From Actinomycetota bacterium (GTDB lineage: Bacteria > Actinomycetota > UBA4738 > HRBIN12), in assembly GCA_046731295.1 (NCBI GenBank), contig JBKPKU010000054.1, forward strand, positions 52,833-116,832: a DNA stretch of 64,000 nucleotides, written 5' to 3'. Below the pieces are notes generated by a model that saw only the letters and a program-made list of their open reading frames with translations, was not told the origin of the DNA and made no database searches. The translations under genes and the position numbers were made by a program. Below, piece by piece: positions 40,036 through 49,383 of this stretch (its first letter is position 1; every line of letters starts with the position of its first letter).

Positions 40036-41646
40036 ATGCGTCGAACGTCTGCGTTCGCCGTCGCCCTCGCACTGCTGACCTCCGCGATCGGGCTCGTACC
40101 GACGGCCGTGCGTGCGGGCGGCGTTCCCTTGTGGGTCAAGCACGTGCGGAACTACCCGGGAGGCATCTCGGCGGGCGTTCGCGCCCGCCTGGTCGCGACC
40201 TCGATCGACACGTCGGGCGGGGCGTCGGCTGCGGCCCTGCAGCCCGTTCCGGGGAACGACGTGCAGATGAACGACGACTGCGACCCTCCGCTCCCGCAGA
40301 ACGAGACCTCGGTCGCCGTCAACACGGGCAACCAGCTGAACGCGGTCGCCGCCGCGAACGATTACTGCGGCGATGGCTTCTGGATCGGCTTCACGAGGGA
40401 CGGGGGAGATACATGGACGAGCATCTTCAAGGACCCCAAGCTCTCGCTTGATTCGCTGTCCCTGGCCGAACGACGGTGCTTCGGCTCCGATCCCTCGGTC
40501 GTGTACAGCACGCGTGACTCGGCGTTCTACCTGTCGACCCTGTGCTTCTCACCGACCAATCCCAGCTCGGAGGTGCAGGTCTGGCGTTCAAACGATGGCG
40601 GCGCGACGTGGACCGATTCGCTGAACGCGGCTACGGCGATCACCAACATCGCGGTCGACGGCACGATCGACGCATCGGTCTTCTACGACAAGGAGCTCCT
40701 GGCCGTCGACGACAACCCGGCCAGCCCTCACTTCGGCAGGCTCTACCTGACGTTTATCAAATTCCACATGAGCTCGCCTTCGGCCCGCGCCGATTACTGC
40801 CCCGTGCAGCTCGCCTATACCGATCCGAGCGGTTCTCCCGACACATGGACCTGGTCGCACACAGCCCTGGTGCCAGACGATCCGGGTGCGAAGGGCCGGG
40901 GCCCCTCGGCCAATCAGTGGGCGATGCCCGTGGTCGACGAGACGGGGGCCCTCGACGTCGCTTACGCGATCGAGGAATGCAACACGGCGTTCGATCCCGC
41001 CATGTTCTTCACGCGATCCACCAACGGCGGCGCAGGATTCTCCGCGCCCGTCCGGATCGACGGCCCCGGTCAGTTCGCGGACAACCCCAGCCGGCAGGAC
41101 GTGCTGCCCGGCAAGCACCATGCGAGCATCGGGCTCTCGCCCTCGCTCGCGTTCGATCCCACCAGGAACAGGCTCCTGTTCGCGTACCAGAACAACATCG
41201 ATCGCGCCACCTCCGATGCCGACATCTCCCTCCAGACGTCGGACGACTTCGGAGCCACGTGGTCCGAGGCCTCGAACGTTGCGGCGACGGCAACCGGAAA
41301 CGCCGCACCCAATGACCAGTTCTTCCCCTGGCTCGCGGTCGACCAGAGTACGGGGGCCGCCTTTGCCATCTGGTACGACAATCGCAACGATCCGACGAAT
41401 CACCTGATCGAGACGTTCATCGGGGTGTCGACCGATGGAGGGGAGACATGGGAGAACGAGCTGATCTCCGACGTCGCCTGGAACCCGGGTGATGCGTTCT
41501 TCTCGTGCGGGTGCTTCATCGGCGATTACAACGCCATCGCGATGGGGGGTTCGCTCCTGTACCCGGTGTGGACCGATGCCCGGAACTCACCGGGGCGGCC
41601 GCTCGGGCAGGCCGACATCTTCACCGATGTCATGAGCCTGACGTAG
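40036..41646 (+). CDS. Secreted BNR/Asp-box repeat protein (sialidase-like beta-propeller), paralog 2
   Basis: Signal peptide MRRTSAFAVALALLTSAIGLVPTAVRA; Asp-box motifs (TRDGGDTWT, SNDGGATWT, STNGGAGFS, SDDFGATWS, STDGGETWE); RBS AAGGAGG. Collinear similarity to paralog 1 (QNEPSIAV/QNETSVAV ... GDY ... WTDSRD/WTDARN). Confidence 0.7.
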   Translation: MRRTSAFAVALALLTSAIGLVPTAVRAGGVPLWVKHVRNYPGGISAGVRARLVATSIDTSGGASAAALQPVPGNDVQMNDDCDPPLPQNETSVAVNTGNQLNAVAAANDYCGDGFWIGFTRDGGDTWTSIFKDPKLSLDSLSLAERRCFGSDPSVVYSTRDSAFYLSTLCFSPTNPSSEVQVWRSNDGGATWTDSLNAATAITNIAVDGTIDASVFYDKELLAVDDNPASPHFGRLYLTFIKFHMSSPSARADYCPVQLAYTDPSGSPDTWTWSHTALVPDDPGAKGRGPSANQWAMPVVDETGALDVAYAIEECNTAFDPAMFFTRSTNGGAGFSAPVRIDGPGQFADNPSRQDVLPGKHHASIGLSPSLAFDPTRNRLLFAYQNNIDRATSDADISLQTSDDFGATWSEASNVAATATGNAAPNDQFFPWLAVDQSTGAAFAIWYDNRNDPTNHLIETFIGVSTDGGETWENELISDVAWNPGDAFFSCGCFIGDYNAIAMGGSLLYPVWTDARNSPGRPLGQADIFTDVMSLT

Positions 41647-41782
41647 CGAGATCCCGACCGAGATCGGCATGCGGGGTCGACGCTCGGCGTCGGTTGAGGC
41701 CTTCCCTCTCGCGCTCCCCTCGGCGGGTGACTACCATCCTGGGAGCGGCCGAGGGCCGCGCGACGCGAACGAGGAGGTTCCG

Positions 41783-42622
41783 ATGACGATCGTGAAGGCT
41801 GCGCTCCTGCAGACCGACTGGGCGGGCGACCAGGAGTCCATGATCGACAAGCACGAGGAGGCCGCCCGGGAGGCCTCGGCCCAGGGTGCGGAGGTCATGT
41901 GCTTCCAGGAGCTGTTCTACGGGCCGTACTTCTGCCAGGTCCAGGACACCGAGTACTACAGCTACACCGAGCCGATCCCCGACGGCCCCACGACCAAGCG
42001 CTTCCAGAGCGTCGCCAAGGAGCTCGGCATGGTGATGGTGCTGCCGATGTACGAGGTCGTGCAGTCCGGGCTGTACCACAACACCGCGGCGGTGATCGAC
42101 GCGGACGGGACATACCTGGGCAAGTACCGCAAGCAGCACATCCCGCAGGTCAAGGGGTTCTGGGAGAAGTTCTACTTCGCGCCGGGCACCGGCGGGTACC
42201 CGGTGTTCGAGACCGCGGTCGGCAAGGTCGGCGTGTACATCTGCTACGACCGGCACTTCCCCGAGGGCTGGCGCATCCTGGGCCTGCACGGCGCCGAGAT
42301 CGTGTTCAACCCATCGGCCACGCACCGCGGGCTCTCCGAGTACATCTGGCGCCTGGAGCAGCCGGCGGCCGCGGTGGCGAACATGTACTACGTCGGCGCG
42401 ATCAACCGTGTCGGCATCGAGCCACTGGGCGACAACGACTTCTACGGGCAGAGCTACTTCGTCGACCCCGAGGGACAGTTCGTGGGCGAGGTGGGCGATG
42501 CGTACAAGCCCGAGCTGATCGTGCGCGACCTGGACCTGGACAAGATCCGCGCGGTGCGCGACCGCTGGGCGTTCTACCGGGACCGCCGGCCGGACGCCTA
42601 CGACCCGATCGTCGCTCGCTGA
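41783..42622 (+). CDS. Carbon-nitrogen hydrolase (nitrilase superfamily; N-carbamoyl-amine/beta-ureido-type amidohydrolase-like)
   Basis: Catalytic E-K-C triad context (CFQELFYGPYF, RKQHIP, VYICYDRHFPE). RBS GAGGAGG. The upstream part of the ORF was rejected. Confidence 0.8.
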   Translation: MTIVKAALLQTDWAGDQESMIDKHEEAAREASAQGAEVMCFQELFYGPYFCQVQDTEYYSYTEPIPDGPTTKRFQSVAKELGMVMVLPMYEVVQSGLYHNTAAVIDADGTYLGKYRKQHIPQVKGFWEKFYFAPGTGGYPVFETAVGKVGVYICYDRHFPEGWRILGLHGAEIVFNPSATHRGLSEYIWRLEQPAAAVANMYYVGAINRVGIEPLGDNDFYGQSYFVDPEGQFVGEVGDAYKPELIVRDLDLDKIRAVRDRWAFYRDRRPDAYDPIVAR

Positions 42623-42651
42623 GCGAACCCGCAACGGGGAGGGGGCTCCGC

Positions 42652-43668
42652 ATGGACATCGGCGTGGTGTTGCAGACCACCCCACCGAGCGCACGGGTCG
42701 TCGATCTCGCCGTCCGGGCCGAGACCTACGGGTTCAGCCACGTGTGGACGTTCGACAGCCACATCCTGTGGCAGGAGCCGTTCCCGATCTACACGCAGAT
42801 CCTGGCGAACACCCGCAACGTCACGGTCGGCCCGATGGTCACGAACCCGGCGACCCGTGACTGGACGGTGACGGCGAGCATCTTCGCGACCCTGAACGAG
42901 ATGTTCGGCAACCGGACGATCATCGGGATAGGGCGCGGCGACTCCGCGGTGCGGGTGATCAACGGGAGGCCCACCACACTGGCCACCCTGCGCGAGTGCG
43001 TGCACGTGGTGCGCGAGCTCGCCAACGGCCGGGGCGCCGAGTACAAGGGCTCGACGATCCGATTCCCATGGGCGGGCAAGAGCCGGGTCGACATCTGGGT
43101 GGCCGGCTACGGCCCGAAGGCCCTCAAGCTGATCGGCGAGATCGGCGACGGATTCATCCTGCAGCTCGCGGATCCGCACATCACGGCTTGGACCATCGGG
43201 GCCGTCCGCAAGGCAGCCGAGGAGGCCGGGCGCGACCCGAACGCGATCGCGATCTGCGCGGCGGCGCCGGCCTACGTGGGCGACGACCCCGCACACGCCC
43301 GCGACCAGTGCCGCTGGTTCGGCGGCATGGTCGGGAACCACGTCGCCGACATCGTCGCCCGCTACGGCGAGCACTCCGAGGTGCCCGACGAGCTGACCGC
43401 GTACATCAAGGGCCGCCAGGACTACGACTACAACGAGCACGGACAGGCGGGGAACGTCCACACGCAGTTCGTGCCGGACGAGATCGTCGACCGCTTCTGT
43501 GTGCTCGGGCCGTGGCGGGAGCACGTCCGCCGGCTCGAGGAGCTGCATGACCTCGGCGTCACGCAGTTCGCCGTGTACCTTCAGCACGACGCCAAGGACG
43601 AGACCCTTCAGGCCTACGGCGAGAAGGTCCTGCCGGCGATCGCCGAGAAGGTGCTCGCGAAGACTTGA
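42652..43668 (+). CDS. LLM-class F420-dependent oxidoreductase
   Basis: LLM TIM-barrel motifs (FSHVWTFDSHILW ... IIGIGRGDSAVRV ... IWVAGYGPKALKLIGEIGDGFILQ ... DRFCVLGP). Confidence 0.8.
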   Translation: MDIGVVLQTTPPSARVVDLAVRAETYGFSHVWTFDSHILWQEPFPIYTQILANTRNVTVGPMVTNPATRDWTVTASIFATLNEMFGNRTIIGIGRGDSAVRVINGRPTTLATLRECVHVVRELANGRGAEYKGSTIRFPWAGKSRVDIWVAGYGPKALKLIGEIGDGFILQLADPHITAWTIGAVRKAAEEAGRDPNAIAICAAAPAYVGDDPAHARDQCRWFGGMVGNHVADIVARYGEHSEVPDELTAYIKGRQDYDYNEHGQAGNVHTQFVPDEIVDRFCVLGPWREHVRRLEELHDLGVTQFAVYLQHDAKDETLQAYGEKVLPAIAEKVLAKT

Positions 43669-44531
43669 CGCGTGTTCGGCGGGTCTGGACGCTCGCGCTC
43701 GCCCTGCTGCTGGTCGCCGCCGTCTGGGAGCTCTACAAGGCGGTCGGGCCGCAGGACGGCGGGACGGTGTTCGGGTGGACGATCCTCCCGCGCGCGAACG
43801 ACACCGCCATGCCCCACGTGTGGGAGATGTTCTCGCGTTACGCGCAGCCTGAGAACCGCGCCTCGGACACCCCGATCCTGATCGTGGTGTTGCAGGGTGC
43901 GTGGTTCACGTTCCGCATCGCGCTGGCCGGGCTCGCGCTGGGGACCGCGGTAGGGCTCGCGCTCGCCATCCTGATGGCCCGCTACAAGGTGGTCGAGCGC
44001 GGTCTCCTGCCGTACCTGGTCCTGTCGCAGACCGTCCCGCTGATCGCCCTCGCGCCGCTGGTGGTGAGCTGGGGTGGCCGGTTGCACGTGGGCGCTTTCG
44101 AGTGGCCCCGGTGGCTCTCGGCGGCCGTGCTGGGCGCGTTCCTCGCGTTCTTCCCGGTCGCCGTCGGGACGCTGAAGGGCCTGACCTCGACGCCCCCGGC
44201 CTCGCTCGAGCTCATGGACTCCTACGCGGCGTCGTGGCGCCAGACGTTGTTCAAGCTGCGGTTTCCGGCCGCGCTGCCGTATGTGGTCCCGGCGCTCAAG
44301 CTCGCAGCCACGGCCTCGGTCGTCGGCGTCATCGTGGCCGAGATCTCGACCGGCCTGGCCGGCGGGATCGGGAGGCTGATCATCGAGTACGCGCGGGAGG
44401 CGACGAGCGATCCGGCGAAGGTGTTCACGGCGGTGTTCGGCGCGGCGGCCCTCGGGCTGGTGATGTTCGCGATCGTCACCGTGGTCGACCTGGTGGGGAT
44501 GCGCCATCGCCCCCGCGAGGCGACAGAATGA
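43665..44531 (+). CDS. ABC transporter permease (NitT/TauT/SsuC family)
   Basis: 6-TM BPD_transp_1 protein with an EAA-like loop; TTG start overlaps the LLM stop. Confidence 0.8.
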   Translation: MTRVRRVWTLALALLLVAAVWELYKAVGPQDGGTVFGWTILPRANDTAMPHVWEMFSRYAQPENRASDTPILIVVLQGAWFTFRIALAGLALGTAVGLALAILMARYKVVERGLLPYLVLSQTVPLIALAPLVVSWGGRLHVGAFEWPRWLSAAVLGAFLAFFPVAVGTLKGLTSTPPASLELMDSYAASWRQTLFKLRFPAALPYVVPALKLAATASVVGVIVAEISTGLAGGIGRLIIEYAREATSDPAKVFTAVFGAAALGLVMFAIVTVVDLVGMRHRPREATE

Positions 44532-45358
44532 GCACGTCCGATGGCGCGAACGCCGTCGAGGTCCGGGGCCTGTCGAAGGTATTCAACGCCGGTCGCCCGG
44601 ACGAGGTGGAGGCGCTCGTCGGCATCGACCTGGTGATCCGGCCGGGCGAGTTCGTGTCGCTGATCGGCCCGTCCGGGTGCGGCAAGTCGACCCAGCTCCG
44701 GCTGATCGCCAACCTGACCGAGCCCACGACCGGCGAGATCCTGGTCAATGGCAAGGCGGCCCGGGCCGCCAGGCTCGACCAGGACTACGGGATGGCGTTC
44801 CAGCAGGCGGGGCTGTTCGAGTGGCGGTCGGTCACCAAGAACGTGGAGCTGCCTCTCGAGCTCAAGGGGTGGGACAAGGGGAAACGGCGGGCGCGCGCGC
44901 TCGAGATGCTCGACCTCGTCAAGCTGTCGGAGTTCGCCGACCACTTCCCCTGGCAGCTGTCGGGCGGCATGCAGCAGCGGGTGGCGATCGCCCGCTCGCT
45001 GGCCGCACACCCGCCGCTCTTGCTGATGGACGAGCCGTTCGGCGCGCTGGACGAGATGACGCGGGAGCACATGCAGACGGAGCTCCTGCGCATCTGCGGC
45101 GAGACCTCCAGCACCGTGGTGTTCGTCACGCATTCGATCCCCGAGGCGGTGTTCCTGTCGACGAGGGTGGTCGTGATGTCGCCGAGGCCCGGACGGATCA
45201 CCGACGTGATCGACGTGGAGCTCGGCCCGGCGCGCACGGTGGACACGCGGGAAACCGAGCCCTTCTTCGCCACGGTGACCGAGGTGCGAGAGGCGCTCCG
45301 CGGCATCCAGCCGGCGGACGTCGAGCCCGACATCGAGCAGATGGCCGAGGAGCTGTGA
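44528..45358 (+). CDS. ABC transporter ATP-binding protein (NitT/TauT family)
   Basis: Walker A GPSGCGKST, signature LSGGMQQRVAIARSL, Walker B LLLMDEPFGALD. ATGA overlap with the upstream permease. Confidence 0.85.
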   Translation: MSTSDGANAVEVRGLSKVFNAGRPDEVEALVGIDLVIRPGEFVSLIGPSGCGKSTQLRLIANLTEPTTGEILVNGKAARAARLDQDYGMAFQQAGLFEWRSVTKNVELPLELKGWDKGKRRARALEMLDLVKLSEFADHFPWQLSGGMQQRVAIARSLAAHPPLLLMDEPFGALDEMTREHMQTELLRICGETSSTVVFVTHSIPEAVFLSTRVVVMSPRPGRITDVIDVELGPARTVDTRETEPFFATVTEVREALRGIQPADVEPDIEQMAEEL

Positions 45359-46146
45359 GTCGCCGGCCCCGGCACCTGTTCACGCTCGTTTGGCCGCCGC
45401 TGCTGTTCGGGATGCTGTTCCTCCTGGTGTGGGAGATGGCCGTCAAGGTCTTCGACTTCCAGCCGTACTTCCTGCCGGCCCCATCGGCGATCTGGAACGC
45501 GTTCCGAACCAACACGACCCTCATCTGGGAGGCGACCAGGGTCTCCGGCCTGAACGCCCTCATCGGGCTGCTCGTCGGGACCGCGATCGGCGTGGCGATG
45601 GCGTTCCTGCTCGCCCGGTTCCGTCTCGTCGACGATCTGCTGACGCCGCTCGCCGTCTCGCTCAACGCGATCCCGATCTTCGTGCTGGTCGCCGTGTTCA
45701 ACAACATGTACCCGGTCACCAGCGAGGTGCCGCGGCGGCTGATGGTCACGCTGGTCGTGTACTTCATCGTCCTGGTCAACGTCGCTCGGGGGCTGCGTGA
45801 GGTCGGCGCCGTCTACCTGGACCTGATGCGCTCATACGCGGCGAGCGACGTGACGATCCTTCGCAAGGTTCGCGTGCCGCACGCGGTGCCCTACCTGTTC
45901 ACCGCGCTCAAGATCGCCGCACCCGCCTCGGTGATCACCGCGTTCGTGTCGGAGTACTTCGGCGGCGTGCAGAACGGGCTCGGCAGCCGGATCGTGAGCA
46001 ACATCGCGCTGTCGAACAACGCCGAGGCCTGGGCGTACGTCCTGGGCGCGTGTCTGCTGGGCCTGGCCTTCTTCCTTGTCGCCCTGGTGCTCGAGGCGGT
46101 GGCCACGCCCGGCGGCCTCGGCGCCCGGGAGCGCGATAGGGCATGA
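45355..46146 (+). CDS. ABC transporter permease (second NitT/TauT-family permease)
   Basis: GTG start in a GTGA overlap with the ATPase stop. Hydrophobic 6-TM profile with a binding-protein-dependent transport signature region. Confidence 0.8.
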   Translation: MSRRPRHLFTLVWPPLLFGMLFLLVWEMAVKVFDFQPYFLPAPSAIWNAFRTNTTLIWEATRVSGLNALIGLLVGTAIGVAMAFLLARFRLVDDLLTPLAVSLNAIPIFVLVAVFNNMYPVTSEVPRRLMVTLVVYFIVLVNVARGLREVGAVYLDLMRSYAASDVTILRKVRVPHAVPYLFTALKIAAPASVITAFVSEYFGGVQNGLGSRIVSNIALSNNAEAWAYVLGACLLGLAFFLVALVLEAVATPGGLGARERDRA

Positions 46147-46202
46147 TGTCGGGTCGCACGGAGGCTTCGTCGGGGCGACGGCCCCGGGGGAAGGGGGCCC
46201 AC

Positions 46203-47378
46203 ATGAAGGGGAAGCGGCTCATGTTCCTCGCCGCCGGCGTGCTCACGCTCTCGCTGGTCGCGGCGGCGTGTAGCAACGACGAGGAGGGCGGCGGCGGATC
46301 GACCGCTGGCGGTGGCGCCGCCGGCGGGGGCGGCAACTGCTCGACCACAGACCAGGTGTCGCTGCAGCTTCAGTGGTTCATCCAGGCGCAGTTCGCCGGC
46401 TACTACGCCGCACAGGACCAGGGCTATTACGCCGACCAGTGCCTCGACGTGACGATCGTCGAGGGTGGGGTGGACATCGTCCCGCAGCAGCAGCTCGCCG
46501 ACGGCGCCGTGGACTTCGCGCTCGCGTGGGTGCCCAAGGCACTCGCGACGCGCGAGGCCGGGGCCAACATCGTGGACATCGCGCAGGTGTTCCAGCGGTC
46601 CGGGACGCTGCAGGTCTCGTTCGCGGACGCGGGCATCACGACGCCGGCGGACTTCGCCGGCAAGACCATCGGCAACTGGGGGTTCGGCAACGAGTACGAG
46701 ATCTTCGCCGCCCTCGCGCAGGCCAACCTCGACCCGGCCACGGACGTGACGCTCGTCCAGCAGGACTTCGACATGTCCGGGCTGCTCTCGGGCGACATCG
46801 ACGCGGCCGAGGCGATGATCTACAACGAGTACGCCCAGGTGCTCGAGACCGTGAACCCGGATACCGGCGAGCTGTACCAGCCGTCCGACCTCAACGTGAT
46901 CTCCTACGAGGAGGACGGGGTCGGGATGCTCCAGGACGCGATCTGGGCCGACGGAGAGCGTCTCGCCAACGACGACGCGTACCGCGACGTCGCCGTCCGG
47001 TTCGTCACGGCCTCGCTGCAGGGCTGGGCCTACTGCCGCGACAACGTGCAGGCATGCACGGACCTGGTCGTGGCGCAGGGCTCCAAGCTGGGCGCCAGCC
47101 ACCAGCTGTGGCAGATGAACGAGATCAACCAGTTGATCTGGCCCGCGCCTGACGGCGTGGGCGTGATCAACCAGGAGGCATGGGACCGCACGGCCGAGAT
47201 CGCGCAGAACACGCCCAACCTGGAGGGCACCACGGTGCTGACGGCACCGCCCGACGCCGGCGCCCACACCAACGACATCATCAACGAGGCCCTGGCGAAG
47301 CTGCAGGACCTCGGTGTGGACACGACCGGCGACACGTACCAGCCGATCGAGGTCACGCTGAACGAGGGCGGGGCCTAG
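46203..47378 (+). CDS. ABC transporter substrate-binding lipoprotein (NMT1/THI5-like, NitT/TauT family)
   Basis: MKGKRLMFLAAGVLTLSLVAAAC lipobox followed by a Gly-rich linker; periplasmic-binding fold type 2 body. Start chosen at the lipoprotein signal (46203) rather than at ORF start 46143. Confidence 0.75.
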   Translation: MKGKRLMFLAAGVLTLSLVAAACSNDEEGGGGSTAGGGAAGGGGNCSTTDQVSLQLQWFIQAQFAGYYAAQDQGYYADQCLDVTIVEGGVDIVPQQQLADGAVDFALAWVPKALATREAGANIVDIAQVFQRSGTLQVSFADAGITTPADFAGKTIGNWGFGNEYEIFAALAQANLDPATDVTLVQQDFDMSGLLSGDIDAAEAMIYNEYAQVLETVNPDTGELYQPSDLNVISYEEDGVGMLQDAIWADGERLANDDAYRDVAVRFVTASLQGWAYCRDNVQACTDLVVAQGSKLGASHQLWQMNEINQLIWPAPDGVGVINQEAWDRTAEIAQNTPNLEGTTVLTAPPDAGAHTNDIINEALAKLQDLGVDTTGDTYQPIEVTLNEGGA

Positions 47379-47391
47379 GGCAGCAGGTGGC

Positions 47392-47418
47392 GGGCGGGCC
47401 GCCCTCGGCGGCCCGCCC
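47392..47418 (+). terminator. GC-rich 12-bp perfect-stem hairpin (gggcgggccgcc-ctc-ggcggcccgccc) after the binding-protein gene
   Basis: Inverted repeat read directly, 14 nt after the stop. No U-tract. May be an intra-operon attenuator or RNA-stability element, since the downstream genes are co-directional. Confidence 0.35.
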
Positions 47419-47440
47419 GTCCCCCACCTATCATCGGCGG

Positions 47441-48379
47441 ATGGCGCCGCTGCTCCTGCTCAACGCGGACGACGTCCGCGACCTGATCGACCTCCCCTCA
47501 CTGTTCGAACCACTCGAACACGCGCTGCGCGAACTCAGCCGCGGCACCACGTCGGTGCCGCCCAGAACCGTGGCCCGCGCCCCGAACGGTTTCCTCGGGT
47601 CGATGCCCGGCTACCTTCCCGGGACCGCGCTCGAGGCCAAGCTGGTGGCCGTCTTCCCCGACAACCACGACCACGGCCTCCCTTCCCACCAGGCGCTGAT
47701 CGCGCTGTTCGATCCCGAGACCGGGATCCCGCGGTGCGTCATGGACGGCACGGTCGTGACGGCGGTTCGGACGGGTGCGACCTCGGCCGTCGCCGCCCGC
47801 GCGCTCGCGCGGCCGAACCCGCGGACCCTCGCGATCCTGGGTGCCGGCGTGCAGGGGCGCTCGCATCTGAACGCCTTCATACAGGTGTTCGACCCCTCGG
47901 AGATCCGGATCGCCTCGCGCGACCCGGACCACGCCACGGCGCTCGCCGAGGCCGACCCTCGGGCGGGCACCACGACGTTCGAGGAGGCGGTCCGAGGCGC
48001 CGACGTCGTCTGCTGCTGCACGGACGCGGACGAGCCCGTGATCGCGCGCGCCTGGCTGTCGCCGGGCGTGCACGTGAGCTCGGTGGGGGTGGGGGAGGAG
48101 GTCGACCCCGAGACCGTGCGGGACGCATCGGTGTTCGTCGAGTGGCGCGGCGCCGCCGAGAACCCGCCGCCGACGGGCTCGGCCGAGCTCCAGGGGCTCG
48201 ACCCGGCGACCCTGGTCGAGATCGGACAGGTGCTCGCGGGCGATCACCCGGGCCGAACCTCCGACGACGAGCTCACGCTGTACAAGGCCACGGGTCACGC
48301 GGTGGAGGACGCGGCCGCGGCCCGGCAGGTGTTCGACCGTGCGGTCGCGCAGGGCCGCGGCCAGACGTTCGAGCTGTGA
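47441..48379 (+). CDS. Ornithine cyclodeaminase / mu-crystallin family protein
   Basis: OCD-family Rossmann motif (LAILGAGVQGRSHL) and conserved C-terminal region. 312 aa from MAPLLLLNADDVRD. Confidence 0.8.
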   Translation: MAPLLLLNADDVRDLIDLPSLFEPLEHALRELSRGTTSVPPRTVARAPNGFLGSMPGYLPGTALEAKLVAVFPDNHDHGLPSHQALIALFDPETGIPRCVMDGTVVTAVRTGATSAVAARALARPNPRTLAILGAGVQGRSHLNAFIQVFDPSEIRIASRDPDHATALAEADPRAGTTTFEEAVRGADVVCCCTDADEPVIARAWLSPGVHVSSVGVGEEVDPETVRDASVFVEWRGAAENPPPTGSAELQGLDPATLVEIGQVLAGDHPGRTSDDELTLYKATGHAVEDAAAARQVFDRAVAQGRGQTFEL

Positions 48380-49348
48380 CCGGTCCCGGGATCGCGCACG
48401 CGCCGCTCACGCTCGCGGAGATCGAACGGGCGCGCGAACGCATCGCCGGCGGCGCGATCCGAACGCCGCTCGTGCGCCTCGATGCGGACGTCCCGGAGAC
48501 CGAGATCTACCTGAAGCTCGAGGTGCTGCAGCCGATCGGCTCGTTCAAGATCCGCGGCGCCGGCTCGCTCATCGAGTCCCTGTCCGAGGAGGAGTTGGCC
48601 GAGGGAGTGTGGACGACGAGCGCGGGCAACATGGCGCAGGCGGTGGCCTGGTACGCGCGCCGCAAGGGTGTCCTGGCGACCGTCGTGATGCCCGAGACCG
48701 CACCCGACGCGAAGCGTTCGGCCGCCGAGCGGCTGGGCGCGACCGTGATCCCGGTCGGCTTCGACGAGTGGATCAGCGTCTTCCGGTGGCGGACGTACCC
48801 CGGGACGCGCGGCGCGTTCGTGCACCCGTTCAGCGACCGGCGCGTCATGGCCGGCAACGGGACGATCGGGCTCGAGGTGCTCGAGGACCTACCCGACGTC
48901 GACGCCGTCGTGATCCCGTACGGCGGCGGCGGCCTGAGCTGCGGGATCGCGTCGGCCATCAGGGCTCGCTCGCCGGCAACGCGCGTGTACGCGGCGGAGG
49001 TCTCGACCGCGGCTCCCCTGGCGCCGTCGCTCGAGGCCGGCGAGCCCGTCGAGATCGACTACACGCCGAGCTTCGTCGACGGGATCGGCGCGCCGGTCGT
49101 CTTCCCCGAGATGTTCGCGCTGGCGCGGACCCTGCTCGACGGCTCGCTCGTCGTAGACCTGGATGCGGCCGCCGACGCCGTCCGGCACCTCGCGACGCGG
49201 GCGCACGTCGTCGCGGAGGGGGCCGGCGCCGTCCCGGTCGCCGCGGCCCTCGCCGGCATGGCCGGCACGGGCAGGATCGTGGGCGATCGTCTCGGGCGGT
49301 GGCATCGACGCCTCCGAGCTCGCCGGCATCCTCTCGGCAGGTGGCTGA
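48376..49348 (+). CDS. PLP-dependent threonine dehydratase/serine racemase-like enzyme (PALP fold), interrupted by an apparent 1-nt frameshift near 49281
   Basis: GTG start in a GTGA overlap with OCD. PLP-lysine motif SFKIRGA; GGGGL loop. The C-terminus continues in another frame (ORF 49163-49348 ends ...IVSGGGIDASELAGILSAGG). Removing one G from gtgggcg restores GRIVAIVSGGGID. Confidence 0.7.
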
Positions 49349-49383
49349 ACCCGAGCGGCTAGGCTTCGGAGCGATGCGCGTCG

